A stretch of DNA of 64,000 nucleotides from a virus (Duplodnaviria; Caudoviricetes): positions 1 through 64,000 of the IMG/VR virus record IMGVR_UViG_3300021399_000143; one strand, written 5' to 3'. Below, piece after piece: positions 41,068-51,082 of the stretch; positions within the stretch are counted from its first letter, which is position 1; each line of letters opens with the position of its first letter. Made by a program: the position numbers and the translations under genes. The notes under the pieces were generated by a model, which did no database searches, was not told the DNA's origin, and saw only the letters and a program-made list of their open reading frames with translations.

Positions 41068-41353
41068 TGTATTCTGTTTCCTTTCTCTTTATGAGATCTT
41101 CGTCAAAGGTAAAGTCCTCTTCCATTAGGTCGTCGTTGTGGGCAGGATGACGATATAGAACGTTCCAAGATTCGATTGCGAACCTTGGCGTATACTCCGT
41201 CGGCCCTCTCGCCCCACAACACTCGCATTCCATTTGCCAAATGTCATAGATTTCAGTTTCACCATCTTCATTGCGAACCTTCACTGTATCATATAGAAGT
41301 TTATGACCGTGATGCCCACAGAAGGGACAGAACTTTACCTTCATTGTTTCCAT
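41048..41353 (-). CDS. Lar-family restriction alleviation-like protein
   Basis: CPFCG...ECECCGARGP...AIESWN. Confidence 0.7.
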   Translation of the reverse strand: METMKVKFCPFCGHHGHKLLYDTVKVRNEDGETEIYDIWQMECECCGARGPTEYTPRFAIESWNVLYRHPAHNDDLMEEDFTFDEDLIKRKETEYNGKTSK

Positions 41354-41427
41354 ACAAACCAATTATACAACAAAACCGAGGAACAGTTAATAGTTCCTCG
41401 GTTTCGCTCCCTTATATGCCGATTTCG

Positions 41428-41871
41428 TCATTTCTCTTCCGCATATGAATCTGTTCCAAGGTGGACATCGAAGTGCTTGTCTTCGCCACCCCATCTGAAC
41501 ATGAAGTCGATATTCACATCGTCACCATACTTGTAGTTCAAGCGAGAGTCCTCACGCATCTTGTACAGAACCTTGGTTGGGTCATGGGTGGCTGCCTGGA
41601 TATACTCGTCGTACAGTGCTTTCGTCTTGCACTTGACGACATAGTCCGCAATACGAATGCCAAAAGAGCGACCGTCAAGTCCAACCCAATAGGTCTGACC
41701 TGGTCCCTCGTCAAATCCGTGGACGTTCATCCACATCATTGCACTGTTTGGCCAGGTCACTGTCTCGTCAAAGATGTGGTTCACCCAATGCGTCTGCTCA
41801 GAAGAAGCAAACTCTGGCTTCTTGAACCAAGACTTTATCTTTTGCCACAATACCTTGAATATCATAGTCAT
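41428..41871 (-). CDS. Hypothetical protein with amphipathic N-terminus
   Basis: 147 aa; AAGGAGG RBS 11 nt after the metacaspase stop. Confidence 0.7.
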   Translation of the reverse strand: MTMIFKVLWQKIKSWFKKPEFASSEQTHWVNHIFDETVTWPNSAMMWMNVHGFDEGPGQTYWVGLDGRSFGIRIADYVVKCKTKALYDEYIQAATHDPTKVLYKMREDSRLNYKYGDDVNIDFMFRWGGEDKHFDVHLGTDSYAEEK

Positions 41872-41882
41872 GTCCTCCTTCG

Positions 41883-42740
41883 TCAGTTGAATATCTTTGC
41901 TTCAAGGTCGAATGCTCCAATCTTCGTGCAAATAGGCACTTGCTTCACCTTCTTGAAGGCAGAATCAGCCTTGAACGCCTTCCACCACTCACGGTAGTTG
42001 AGGCACTTGTTGAACGCCCTCTTCATGGAACTTGTCATCACGCCGCCATTCTTGGAATCACCCCAAGAAACTGTCTCCTCGCCACAACCAGAGAACACAA
42101 GCATCCTTCTCGTCACATCCCTCACGTTCTAGAACTTTGCGAAGAATGGCTGCTCCAAAGGTTCACGATCAAGTGTTTCTTCAGAACTATCGGATTCTCC
42201 ATCCACCGGCAATCTATAGATTGTCCCTGAATGGCAACAGTCTGCTATCATTACCGATCGTCCTTTGCAATTTCCAAATATCTCCCAAAGGTCATCGTCA
42301 ATCAACGCGCCATCGTAGAGGCAAAGGAATTCGTCACGTCCATCTGTCTCGTTCTTGGCAGAAACAGACTTGTTATACTGGCCACCATGCCCAGAATACG
42401 TGAAGATGAACAAGCCATCCTCTCGAACCTTTTTAATCTGCTTGTTCAAGGCATTCTTCACAGCAGAAACCGTAGCCTTACTGTTGTTGAGTCTGATGAT
42501 ATGTTCATCCTTGTCATCCACATATTGATTGATGAGCGAGAACATCGTGTTGGAATCCTTGTCGGCACCCGGACATGCCCCCCACTTGCTAGTCTCCATT
42601 CCAACAATCACTGCAAACTTCTTGTTCTTGTCAGTCGTTTGGCAAATCTCCCTGTCGATGCAATCGTCGCAATCGTCGTTGTTTGTTTGTTTCTTGAACA
42701 GGCTCTTGAAGAAGCCCAATATAATGTCTATCAGTTTCAT
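41883..42740 (-). CDS. Metacaspase / peptidase C14, 285 aa with TAG=Gln
   Basis: TYSGHG (His) and ADCCHSG (Cys) dyad; TAG 42129-42131 joins the p10-like half MLVFSGC...GGVMT...KQVP; late motif at 42776-42783. Confidence 0.9.
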
Positions 42741-42849
42741 TGTCTTATTTCCTTCCAATTTGTTGTGTCATGTTCTATTTACAACATTTACTGAAGACTT
42801 CCACAAGTTGTATAATTGAAATAAGCACCAAATAGAGGTTATTACACCA

Positions 42850-43779
42850 ATGTTGATGAAGAAAGTATTATTGATAGTCGACGGATCATTCTTGTCGTTT
42901 GTCGTGAATTTCAGGGCATTCAAGTCCTGGCAGGAGCAATATCAGGGCATGGACACCTGTACAATCCGCCCACCAGACGAGTCTGACCAGGACAATCTCC
43001 CTGACCTTGTGAATGAGAGCCAGTGGTTCAAGAAGTGCTTGTACAACGCAGCAGTGGACAAGCTCAATGGTCTCGCCAACATCATAGAGAACACAACGGG
43101 AATGCTATATCCCCAAAGCTCGTTCATAGACACTGTCATAGCGAAAGATTCAAAGCTCACAAAGTCCTTCAGATATGCACTCTATCCGGAATACAAGCTG
43201 ACAAGGAAACTCAATAGGGCGAAGAGAGGACAATACAAGATTGGACCAGTGTTCGACGAACTGTACGCAAACGTGTTTCCTTCCATCTTTGGCGAGAGAA
43301 TGGTTCAATTGGCAGTTGATGGGGCAGAGGGAGATGACGTTATCGCATCGTTAGCGAGAAGTCCAAGAGTTGCTCAAGACTACGAGAAGATAATCTTGAT
43401 TTCCTCAGACAGAGACTTCCTCCAGCTTCAGATTGACAGGCCTGTGACCCAATACGATGCCAAGGGGGAAATGGTTCTCCCAAGGTTGAAGCACGGAAAC
43501 GAAATCATTGAACTTACGCCACAGCAAGCGTTGATGATAAAGATTATCTCCGGTGACAGTTCTGACAACATCAAGCCCATCAAGCCAAAGGTGGGGGAGA
43601 TAAGGGCATACAAATACATCACCGAGAAGACTGACGAGTTCAAGAAGATGCTCAAGGAGGAACCTGAGACAGCTCAACATCTGATTCTCAACTCCAAGTT
43701 GATTGACTTCAAGAACATCCCAGAGGAATTGTCCCAAAAGGTTGTGGATGAGTTCTACAACCTTAGAAATTGGGATTAA
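42850..43779 (+). CDS. rnh: 5'-3' exonuclease / T4 RNase H family
   Basis: LIVDGS, YK.TR, EGDDVI, ISSDRDFLQL, GDSSDNI; promoter TTTACT-18-TATAAT at 42787-42816. Confidence 0.9.
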   Translation: MLMKKVLLIVDGSFLSFVVNFRAFKSWQEQYQGMDTCTIRPPDESDQDNLPDLVNESQWFKKCLYNAAVDKLNGLANIIENTTGMLYPQSSFIDTVIAKDSKLTKSFRYALYPEYKLTRKLNRAKRGQYKIGPVFDELYANVFPSIFGERMVQLAVDGAEGDDVIASLARSPRVAQDYEKIILISSDRDFLQLQIDRPVTQYDAKGEMVLPRLKHGNEIIELTPQQALMIKIISGDSSDNIKPIKPKVGEIRAYKYITEKTDEFKKMLKEEPETAQHLILNSKLIDFKNIPEELSQKVVDEFYNLRNWD

Positions 43780-44597
43780 TTTTGACGCGCTATCTTTTGG
43801 ACAACGAAACCATAGAACGCATGGTACTGTGGCATGTTGTCGTGTGACATAGATTTGGGTTTCCCTTCCTCTGAATCATTTCGTCCAAAATTATCAACTG
43901 TGAACTTGTCTATCGTTCCATCAAGCTCATTCTTGGACAAGCCAACCTCCAAAGAGTCGTTGTAGAACATATCATAGACCGTGTTGCCCTTCGTGTAATA
44001 CACGCCACTTGCTTCCTATCCAATTGTGGTTGGAAAATCAGAACCTGTCGTGACAGATGAATGATGCATATGGGGTGGAATGTTCTCCTTGTTGAGTCTT
44101 ACCTCCTCATTGTCAGGTTTCTATGGAATAAGTTTGTTCTCCTCACTGAACTTCCCTGACTTCAAGTCAAGCATACCCCTCAACATGCAATTTGGAATCG
44201 CAAGCAACTGATATTCAGAACCAATGTCCCATTTCTATTGAACATAGTCCTATGGAGAACTACCACTTGGAACTTTATCTGCCTCTATCAAAATCACCTG
44301 ACCATCAACTGGCATAAACTTTGGCTTGTATGAAGATGGTGGCAACGCATCCTTCATTGCCTTTAGCTTTGCATACCTGTCGTTCAACATTCCACCATAT
44401 GCGTTGTATTTGTTGTATGTGAGGTATTTTGACATATCCAGGTACTTCCTTAACAAATTGTCCTCTGCCAACGCAACCAACGTGTCATATTTCAATTGCT
44501 TGGAATCCAACTGGTCTCTCACTTCGTCAGAATCCGAAACCAACATGCACATATTGGTCATATCCAATGAAACGTCTCTTGGGGTATTCTCTTCCAT
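43776..44597 (-). CDS. Tail-collar-domain fibre/baseplate protein, 273 aa with TAG=Gln
   Basis: TAGs 44250, 44235, 44121, 44016; restored P.DGQVIL...W...PNCMLRG...EEVRLNKENIPPH.H...HDNMPQY motifs; late motif at 44604-44611. Confidence 0.75.
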
Positions 44598-44686
44598 ATG
44601 TCGTATTTACCATTGTTGCTCAAATTGAAAAGTAAATAGGATTTGCAGAGAAATGCGATAAGTATCAGAGTTTGGCAGCAGATATT

Positions 44687-44694
44687 TGTAAATA
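44687..44694 (+). promoter_or_regulatory. Late promoter motif TGTAAATA (second copy AGTAAATA at 44631-44638)
   Basis: Upstream of tail tube gene, divergent from 44604-44611. Confidence 0.65.
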
Positions 44695-44745
44695 AGTAAC
44701 GAAAGAACAACCCAGGCTAAAACAGCTTAACGAGGTACAAAAGAC

Positions 44746-45483
44746 ATGGCAAATTACAACTTGAGTCAAGCAATTGGAATGTTCAACGAGGATCAGGTGC
44801 GCACATAGCACATGTACGCAATCGAGTTCTTCAGTGGAATAAAGACGATTGACGACAGATTGATGAGAATGCAGGTATATGGCAACTCCTTCACGCTTCC
44901 AGAAAGGACGGTGAACTTTGAGGATTTGCAGTATAGGGCGTACAAGATTCCAATTCCCACGACGATTGACATGGCGCAGGATCACAGCGTCACAGTATAT
45001 GCTGACGTTCGTGGCGACTTGCGCAAGGCGATGCTTGACTGGCAGGCAGCTTGCATCAACCCAGCCATCACTCAGGGTTCGTTCTTCGAGTCCAACAGGC
45101 GTCCAACGAGGATTGGCAACGGCGACGACAACCAGCCATACATCAAGATTGACTTGCTTGCTCCTGACTTTCAGACGCCAGTTGAGACGACGATGATTTA
45201 CGGCACGAGGGTGACGAAGGTCGGTGGCTTGGAACTCTCCAACACTGCTGGTGGCATTTCCACCTTCTCCGTTGACTTCAAGAGCGTATATTGGGAGCAG
45301 CTTGCTGGCGCATCTGCACCATACAACTCCGACGCGAACAGGTACTTCAACCTCGGCGCACCCGGAAGCGAATGGAGTGGAACAGCAACAGTAGACACAG
45401 TTGCTGGTGGTTCAAGCCCAACTCCTGGTGGTTCTCCAGATTGGACGAATGCTCAGGGTGGTTCTGGTGGCTATGTAAGCTAA
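44746..45483 (+). CDS. Tail tube protein (T4 gp19-like), 245 aa with TAG=Gln
   Basis: TAG at codon 21 (44806); D.VR.Q..Y.IEF, TLP.R, DWQ, TRVTKVGGLELS, STFSVDF.SVYWE match the gp19 pattern. Confidence 0.85.
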
Positions 45484-45514
45484 TTCTGACATTGGTCTTG
45501 CATGAGACGACAAT

Positions 45515-45550
45515 GGGGGGATGGGGACAAGTCATGAACCCCATCTCCCC
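45515..45550 (+). terminator. Strong hairpin after tail tube gene (terminator or stabiliser; no U-tract)
   Basis: GGGGGGATGGGG...CCCCATCTCCCC. Confidence 0.5.
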
Positions 45551-45574
45551 AAAGCATTGATAGGGAGATGATTG

Positions 45575-46831
45575 ATGGGCGTAAGTCTATACACATTGAG
45601 AGACAGGGGAGCCGAGAAGGACTATCCAAGTTGGGTGGATGGTGCGCCAAACCTTCAGACATATCTTACTGCCATAAACAAGTCCCAGCCCATAATCCAA
45701 TGCCAATACGAAATTGTATGGAGTCGTTGGCCGAGGGCGAAGTTCTTCTCCAAGAACATCACGATCCCAGGAGTGTCTGTCAATACGCTTGAACTCAACC
45801 ACGCTGGATTCACAATCAAGATACCAACCCACGTCACCTACGAAACGACAGACATATCCTTCAACATCATAGCCGACAAAGAAGGTTTCCACTACTACGA
45901 TCTTCGGAACATGGTTCTTCAAACTGGCCATCCATTGGTGGCAGGAGACCCAAAATCCACCATAGGCAACCAATATGGAATCAGCACAGACGAGGACACA
46001 ATTGAAGTCAGATTGAGGAACAGACCCAGCGATGGAACACACCACCATTGGATATTCCACAACTTCAAGCCAACTGGCATAGGAGACGTTGAGTTGAGCC
46101 AGGACAGTGGCTCTTTCGTGGAGTTTGAGTTGAAGGGGACTTTCACCCACATCTCCTACGATTGCGGAAAGGTGTTGCCACCAGAAGAACCACCTGCTCC
46201 AGCTCCACAGGATGTTCCACCAGAAGAACAACCACCTCCAGAAGATGAAGAGGAAGAGAATGATGGGGAAATGCCACCAGACGAGCCAGAAGAACTAAAT
46301 GAGCCAGAGGACTTGAGACCACCTCCTGAACCAGAACCACCACCTGAACCAAAAACGACATTTACAGCAATAATGTCTGGTTCGGATAATCTTGAATCCG
46401 ACGATGATTCTGAATCATAGACGAGTTCATGTTCTGAAGTTAAAATGCAAGATCCAGTTTCTGAACAAGATGTCGAAGCAGCAAAGCAATGCAATAGTGA
46501 ACTTACAGAAGCAAGTGATGAACTGCAACAAGAATTGGATAGAATCAAATAGATGCCCGCTGATCCAAACTATGAACCGGAGCATGTATAGGATGAACTT
46601 TACAACAGTGTTCATACGCCAAACGCAAACCAGCAAGATGTTCCTGAAGGAAGCAGTGAAGAATATAAAGGGGATAAAGTAACGGCATCGTTCGATACTG
46701 ATGTCACTATAAAGTCTCCAGAGTAGAAGGCTGCATATGATGCCGCAGTCGCCAAATACAACCAAAAGACACAAGCATCAATGAACAAGTACAAAAATGC
46801 CAGACAATAGAACCAGCAAAGTGGGAAATAA
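45575..46831 (+). CDS. Second tail-tube-fold protein with Pro/acidic C-terminal extension, 418 aa with TAG=Gln
   Basis: KNITIPGVS...TYETTDISF..IAD...F.PTGIGDVELS..SGSFVEF; five TAGs (46418, 46550, 46589, 46724, 46808), then TAA. Confidence 0.75.
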
Positions 46832-46843
46832 CGGAGCATTGCC

Positions 46844-47155
46844 ATGAACAAAGACGAAGAAAGAAAAAGCGACATCAAGAGGATGAAACTTCTTGCCAAG
46901 GCTATACGTTTCAACCATGAAAAGACTGGGAAACTCAATGTCATGGTCGATCCAGACTACGAGATTGAGAACTACCAAACTGGCATGACCCAACTCACCC
47001 TTCCCCATAGATTTGGCATGTACAAGACCCCAACCAAGGATGTTCCAAAGACAACTGAGATTGAACTTGAAGATCCATAGGACAACTTCATTGATTCGAC
47101 ATCCTCAAGGTTGGCAAAGAACCCCAACCACAAGGTCAGGGGCATATTCGGTTGA
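46844..47155 (+). CDS. Hypothetical protein, 103 aa with TAG=Gln
   Basis: TAG 47078 read-through to TGA 47153. Confidence 0.55.
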
Positions 47156-47180
47156 TTCTGATTCCAGATTTTCGTATAAT
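47152..47180 (+). promoter_or_regulatory. sigma70-type promoter for the late sigma factor gene
   Basis: TTGATT-17-TATAAT. Confidence 0.65.
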
Positions 47181-47269
47181 TAAGGCATAGGCGTGTAAAG
47201 GGCGTATTTACCATAACTTCAGCCAAAGGACATGGTGAAACTCCCAATAGCACAAAGGAAACATAAACC

Positions 47270-47920
47270 ATGCCAAGAAGGAAAAGCGAATCACTGGAGG
47301 AATTCCAGAAGAAGAACCTGGAGAAATCCAGATTGAGACAAAAATAGAGAGCAGAGTAGGAGAAGCTCCATCCACGCCCCAAGCGCAAGCCATTCGTAAA
47401 CAACTCTGACTTGTTGAACGAATTGAAGAAGTGGCGGGATTCCAGCAAAGACCCCGATAAGAGACAGCCAAGCGAGTATCTTGGGAAGATGATATTGGAC
47501 ATCGCCACGCATTACATGGGACACCCAGACTACGTGCGATACTCCAAGGAAATCAAGGAGGACATCATAGGGCAGTCTTGCATCAGATGCATCAACGCAT
47601 TGCCAAGATACAACTTCAGCTTCACAAATCCATTTGCGTACTTCACAACAATCTGTTGGTCGTGCGCAATGACATACTTGAAGGACTACTACAAGGACTT
47701 GAACTTCAAGCGACAATTGGTGAAGGAGAACTTGGAACGTGCGATAGATGAACTTCCATCAATAAACATAGACAAGTCCTACATGAACTTCCTGAAGACG
47801 ATGATTGGCTCAGAGCAAATCACGGAGGCGGACGCCAAGTTCCTCAAGAGGCAGAAAGATTCAATCATCTCTGAGATAAGAAGCGAGAAAGCCAACAAGG
47901 ATAGAGACTACGATGTCTGA
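47270..47920 (+). CDS. Late-transcription sigma factor (T4 gp55-like), 216 aa with TAG=Gln
   Basis: FVNNSDLL..L..W, YLGKMIL.IA, Y...IKEDII, NPFAYFTTIC; TAGs at codons 26 and 30 precede the conserved core. Confidence 0.9.
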
Positions 47921-48653
47921 ACAGATAAACAAGGATAGACTCAACCAACTCCTTGGAATCCAAGAGGGTCAGAGTTTCGAGGACTACATGAACGATGGGA
48001 CATCCACAGACGAAACCCAATCGGTCATAGACCAAACTGCGAAACTCATAGAGGAAACCAAGGAGAAGGTGGATGAGATAGAGGGTCAGTTCCAGCACAA
48101 CATCCAAGTCATAGACGACGCAAAGAACCAGATTCAGACGACGATGAAGGATGGAGATGGCTCTGCAAGCGTTCGCATAGACAACATGGTGAACGTGGAA
48201 AGCGCGTTCAAGTCCATTGAGGACTTGGTGGACACCACGAAGCAAATGATTGGAACTGTCTATTCAATCATCTCAAGTTGCGATGTGTTGGATTCTGAAA
48301 CTGTCTCAGCTGCTGCTTCCCTAATAACATCAACCAAGCAACTAATCGCTGAATACCTTGGGTTGTACAAGCAAAGGGTCAAGTTCTTCGACAACGTGAA
48401 GATGGAGACCTTGAAGCAACAACATAGGTTGGAGTTGATGGAGAGGAAATACCAATTGGACGAGGAAAAATGGAACAGGCAGAATACCAAGCCAACAGAG
48501 GCAGAGGACATCACTGGCAAGGGTGGTGAAGTTCCACCTGGGATGGTTGAGGCTGGTTCAATTGACATGCTCAAGCTCATTCAAGAGATGGATGACGAGG
48601 ATGATGATACAGAAGAAGAGAACGATGGAGAATCCAATTGTTCTGACGATTGA
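47913..48653 (+). CDS. Helical acidic hypothetical protein (small-terminase-like helices possible)
   Basis: 246 aa ORF overlapping the gp55 stop. Confidence 0.55.
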   Translation: MSEQINKDRLNQLLGIQEGQSFEDYMNDGTSTDETQSVIDQTAKLIEETKEKVDEIEGQFQHNIQVIDDAKNQIQTTMKDGDGSASVRIDNMVNVESAFKSIEDLVDTTKQMIGTVYSIISSCDVLDSETVSAAASLITSTKQLIAEYLGLYKQRVKFFDNVKMETLKQQHRLELMERKYQLDEEKWNRQNTKPTEAEDITGKGGEVPPGMVEAGSIDMLKLIQEMDDEDDDTEEENDGESNCSDD

Positions 48654-48760
48654 TGACTTTACTGACTTCAACTTCAAACGTATAATATAACAAGAACAAC
48701 AGTGGATATGTGCGTGGCATAGACAACACGCAGCATACACGAAACAAAGGACAAAGACAA

Positions 48761-49366
48761 ATGAAAGACATGCACATAGATGGATTCGCCACGGCGTTGG
48801 CTGCGTTCGACGCTGCAATGGACGAGTTTGCAAGGAACATCAACCGTTCATATGGTTTGGCATCAAGAGGAGAGCCATTGGAGGAAGGAAAGCACTACAC
48901 GATTTCCCGTGTATATCCCACATCCAATGCTTGTGGTTGCGGGGACAGCTGCTCCTGTGGTGGAAATAAGAACAAGCCAAAGGTTCGTTTCGACGACATC
49001 CTTGACGACGTTCAGCAGGTTATCTTCAACGATCCTGCCACAATCGTAACCTTCTCTGATGGGTCAAAGGTTTGCGTCAAGGCTTGCGCAAAGGACACCT
49101 TCAACAAGGAGACTGGACTTATCTACGCTCTCATCAAAAGGCTCTACGCCAACGACGTTGAGGAAAAGACGGGTTATCTGAGGTCTTCTGGGCTTGGTGA
49201 GAAGATTTCTCGCATTCTCAAGAATGCCACCGATCAGAAGGAGGCAGAGCGTGAGAGACGCAGGAAGCATAAGCAGGCGAAAAAGGAATCTGCGAAAAAT
49301 GCTGACGTGGCAAACGAGGCATCTGAGTCAGCCGATGATGAGTCAAAGGCAAATCCAATGGAATGA
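48761..49366 (+). CDS. Phage conserved hypothetical protein
   Basis: VIFNDPATIVTFSDGSK...FNKETG motif; promoter TTTACT-17-TATAAT at 48658-48686. Confidence 0.75.
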   Translation: MKDMHIDGFATALAAFDAAMDEFARNINRSYGLASRGEPLEEGKHYTISRVYPTSNACGCGDSCSCGGNKNKPKVRFDDILDDVQQVIFNDPATIVTFSDGSKVCVKACAKDTFNKETGLIYALIKRLYANDVEEKTGYLRSSGLGEKISRILKNATDQKEAERERRRKHKQAKKESAKNADVANEASESADDESKANPME

Positions 49367-49395
49367 TTACATTGACGATTCACACGTCATTCAAG

Positions 49396-49422
49396 AGACC
49401 GAGGTCAAACCTCGGTCTTTTT
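49396..49422 (+). terminator. Intrinsic terminator
   Basis: AGACCGAGG-TCAAA-CCTCGGTCT then T-run, between convergent genes. Confidence 0.8.
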
Positions 49423-49423
49423 A

Positions 49424-51064
49424 TTATCCTATCAGCTTGAAATGAACTTCCCATTTTGATGATCCATAAAATAAATCATCCGAATTGCTTAACCTATATT
49501 CTCCACCGCAGGCTATTGTCTTTGATGGAATTCCAGGCTACTGACCATAAGTCTACCATTTATATTGATATTCAAGACCAGTATTGGGGTTTCTCTATTT
49601 CAAGTTCATGCTTGATATTTGAGGAAGATATACTGGATGGTCAATAAAGCCACCTCGATTCAAGAATCTAAATGCGCTATATTCGTCATTATTATAAACG
49701 TTTATTCCATCTCGCCAAAAATGTTTGAGAAGTGGACTGTTCCCTGGATTGTTTGGATCGATTCTTTGGAATTGATCTGAATACGACATAACCAACAAAT
49801 CATCTTTGAATGCCATATTGCTATCACCATCAATAAACTCTGTTGGAACTTCCAATGCTATTCTGCACATTGATTCATGTGGAGCACCTACATGGAAATC
49901 AGATGGCACTGTCCAAGCTACTCCACCACCTTCAGAATATGTAATGCTCTCAGAACTTCCGCGAGTGATTGTGTTGACCTTATTCAACCACGGTGCTGTT
50001 CCTTCATTTTTTACAGCTTTTATGTCTGTTGATTTAGTGCTAAGACCCCCATATAATCCCCATGTGAAATTGACACCATAATAATAAGACAATTGCCTCA
50101 ACCAATTTGTTATTGTTGCGCAGAATTTTTTTCTGCCACTATCATCTTTTGTATAACCATAATCCTTATCTGGGAAATCCAATGGAAATGTCTTCCTGTC
50201 ATTGTTCTATGACACACACTTGGCAAACCAAGAACTATACCATATTCCCTTATTCTTTCCAGTTGGCTTATTTGGATCTGACAAATATTCCACAAAGTTG
50301 AGCGTATCTTTGGTAAATATGCTTTCATCAGTAAGGAGAACAAATGTAGCCGCAGTAATGTCGCAATTTTTTCCCGGGGAAGTATGACCCTATCCATAGA
50401 ACATACGTTGTATGATATCGGCAATGGAATAGTATAGATTCGTAATCATAGATTCTGAAGATGTGTTCTTTTTTATCTTATCTATGAATGGAGAAACTGT
50501 ATTCCATATTTCAGTAAGAGATGCCTACCCAAAATGAATAGTGCCAAATACAGAGTCTGCAACGGACATGCTTGAAAGATTTGCCGCCGAGAATACATAC
50601 ATCTTGGAATCAGCAGTCTTTTTGTCAACCATAATGCAATTATAATCGTATATCTCACTGGTGATTGCCTTTTTCGCTTCGGTATAATCACCTTCTTTTT
50701 CTTTCATCGTACCTGACGTGTCCAATACATATATAGTGGCAAAATCAGGAACTATTTTGTCCCTCCAAATTTGCCAATAGAACGTCTAATCCCCCTATAC
50801 CATAAACCAATTCCCTAACTCCCCCTTTGACACATACTTTGGCTCAACACTCCAATTGTCTTCAGTGGTTTCCCTGATGGAAAATGCATAATCTGTACGA
50901 CCATAAACATTGTTTATGTAATTCTTCACGTCCTATGGAAATACTGCCCAACAATAAAGTCTATTCTTGCTTTGGCATGAATAAACAGGAGAATTGTTCT
51001 CCAGAACAACAAATGTCAAGGTCTTGTCTTCAAGTCCGTGTGGGTTCAATCCATGTGGTATCAT
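49424..51064 (-). CDS. AT-rich late protein (candidate receptor-binding/tail protein), 546 aa with TAG=Gln
   Basis: Nine in-frame TAGs (50933, 50795, 50786, 50525, 50390, 50207, 49595, 49553, 49538); open to TAA 49424. Confidence 0.7.
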
Positions 51065-51082
51065 TGTTGTTCTCCATGTAAA

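Noticed and set aside
47913-48653. Firm call as small terminase gp16
   Set aside because: Only a general helical resemblance, and no large terminase nearby
50312-50319. GGTAAATA motif inside a gene
   Set aside because: Intragenic, antisense and with no downstream start; likely chance
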